From the IMG/VR virus record IMGVR_UViG_3300037458_001171, positions 1 through 43,907 of that record: a DNA stretch of 43,907 nucleotides. The stretch is one strand, 5' to 3'. Position 1 is the first letter of the stretch. Each line of letters opens with the position of its first letter. The notes below the pieces were generated by a model that worked only from the letters and a program-made list of their open reading frames with translations, was not told the DNA's origin and made no database searches. The position numbers were made by a program, and so were the translations under genes. This stretch comes from a virus. Lineage: Duplodnaviria; Caudoviricetes. Positions 42,794-43,907 of the stretch are shown here, piece by piece.

Positions 42794-43824
42794 GTCAAAG
42801 AACCTCCTTCCAGATTTGAAGTGTTCGTGATATCGTCAGGAATAGCATGGTCGTAATCCACATATACAATAGTCACTGTGAGGACGCCCCCGATCAGGTT
42901 CGACGTGTTAGTAATCTCTTCCGGTGGCTCATGGTCGTAATCCTTGTACACAATAACCACTGTGAGTGTGCCGCCTGTCAGTTCCGATGTGTTGCGAATG
43001 TCCTCGGGCACTACGTGATCGTAGTCCAGGTACACAATGGTGGCCGTCAGGACGCCGCCGACGAGTCTGGAGGTATTTGTTACTGACAGCTCTTCCAGAC
43101 TCCACAGCACCGCCAATAGCTCCGGCAGGTCCGTCCTCACCCCGTTGGTGTCCACCGCCACCGTGTAGGGGGTGGAGGTCACCACCTCCGGTAGCAGTTC
43201 CGACACGTCCCGCGGAACGCTCTCGACGAACCTGATGCGGTCCACGGACATCAGTATCCCGTCCGCGAAATGCATGCCCTGGACCGTGTCCACGTCCGCG
43301 TGGCACACCATCACCACGTCGTCCCATCTGTACAGGTAGGTGGCGTCCGCGTCGGTGCGCAGCTGCGGGAACACCCTCACGGACCCCGGCCCGCTCAGGT
43401 CCTCCAGCGTCGTGTACACCTTCGTCCCGTTGCCCAGCCGGAACATCGTCCCGCGGGGCATCAGGCCGTCGTTGGACGCCAGCGCGAGGGTCCACGAGCC
43501 GGCCGCGCCCGCGCCGGACAGGAGCACCTTCCCGGGGGAGTGCGTGCGCCGCAGCACCACCCCGACGCTCTGAGGCAGCAGCACCCTGTACTCGTCCGAG
43601 AGGCCCCTCCGGACGAACTCGTTGAATGCCGCCTGCCCGGACGCGGACAGCGGCTCCAGCCCCGTCTCCAGCTCCCACCTCTGCGCCGCCTCGGCCCGCG
43701 CGCTCCTGCGCAGGGCCAGGGAGTCGTGCGCGTCGACCGGGACGCGACTGACCAGGGACAGCGGGGCCGTCAGTCTGGCAGCCAGCTCGTCGTCCTCACC
43801 GTGCAGCAGTCCGTAGACGCTCAC
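42790..43824 (-). CDS. distal-tail-like protein, paralog A1, with 28-aa C-terminal repeats
   Basis: A-family N-domain plus three full and one partial NTS.L.GG.LT..IVY.DYDH..P..I repeats. Confidence 0.8.
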   Translation of the reverse strand: MSVYGLLHGEDDELAARLTAPLSLVSRVPVDAHDSLALRRSARAEAAQRWELETGLEPLSASGQAAFNEFVRRGLSDEYRVLLPQSVGVVLRRTHSPGKVLLSGAGAAGSWTLALASNDGLMPRGTMFRLGNGTKVYTTLEDLSGPGSVRVFPQLRTDADATYLYRWDDVVMVCHADVDTVQGMHFADGILMSVDRIRFVESVPRDVSELLPEVVTSTPYTVAVDTNGVRTDLPELLAVLWSLEELSVTNTSRLVGGVLTATIVYLDYDHVVPEDIRNTSELTGGTLTVVIVYKDYDHEPPEEITNTSNLIGGVLTVTIVYVDYDHAIPDDITNTSNLEGGSLT

Positions 43825-43907
43825 GGCTTGTATCCCTTCTCCTTGTTGTGCACGTTGACGCCCTCGGCTATCCGGGGCAGCATCTGCATGACCTCCATGC
43901 GCGTCTG
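43821..43907 (-). CDS. 3' end of a probable tape-measure protein (partial)
   Basis: ...QTRMEVMQMLPRIAEGVNVHNKEKGYKP-stop; GTGA overlap with A1; assignment rests on position in the tail module. Confidence 0.5.
   Translation of the reverse strand, partial: QTRMEVMQMLPRIAEGVNVHNKEKGYKP

Noticed and set aside
39815-43824. Diversity-generating retroelement or invertase shufflon acting on tail genes
   Set aside because: No reverse transcriptase or recombinase in the window, no adenine-specific TR/VR pair, no inverted cassettes.

Overview
A 43.9-kb segment of a GC-rich tailed dsDNA phage. Essentially all credible genes are on the minus strand. In transcription order (right to left): (1) end of a probable tape-measure gene and a siphovirus-type tail-tip module with two triplicated gene families; (2) a holin, Rz/embedded Rz1 and peptidase-M15 lysis cassette; (3) a T7-like single-subunit RNA polymerase; (4) a replication and nucleotide module (SSB, DUF3310-like protein, family A DNA polymerase, DenV-like glycosylase, 5'-3' exonuclease, GIY-YIG-like nuclease, primase-helicase, class II ribonucleotide reductase, ATP-dependent ligase, nucleotidyltransferase-like protein); (5) about 17 kb of small accessory genes with one tRNA(CAT). 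The accessory region is rich in structured non-coding sequence. The strongest signal is a circularly permuted, anticodon-less tRNA mimic (6757-6898, Y-RNA/YrlA-like topology, encoded CCA, flanked by hexamer repeats) directly behind a conserved uncharacterised gene rather than a Ro60 gene, a candidate new protein-RNA system. Also seen: four covarying copies of a small H-type pseudoknot, two dispersed promoter-like motifs, paired E710Q/Y766F-equivalent changes in the polymerase active site, and a tail-tip gene split by one in-frame TGA. Family assignments come from motif recognition by eye; no database search was run.
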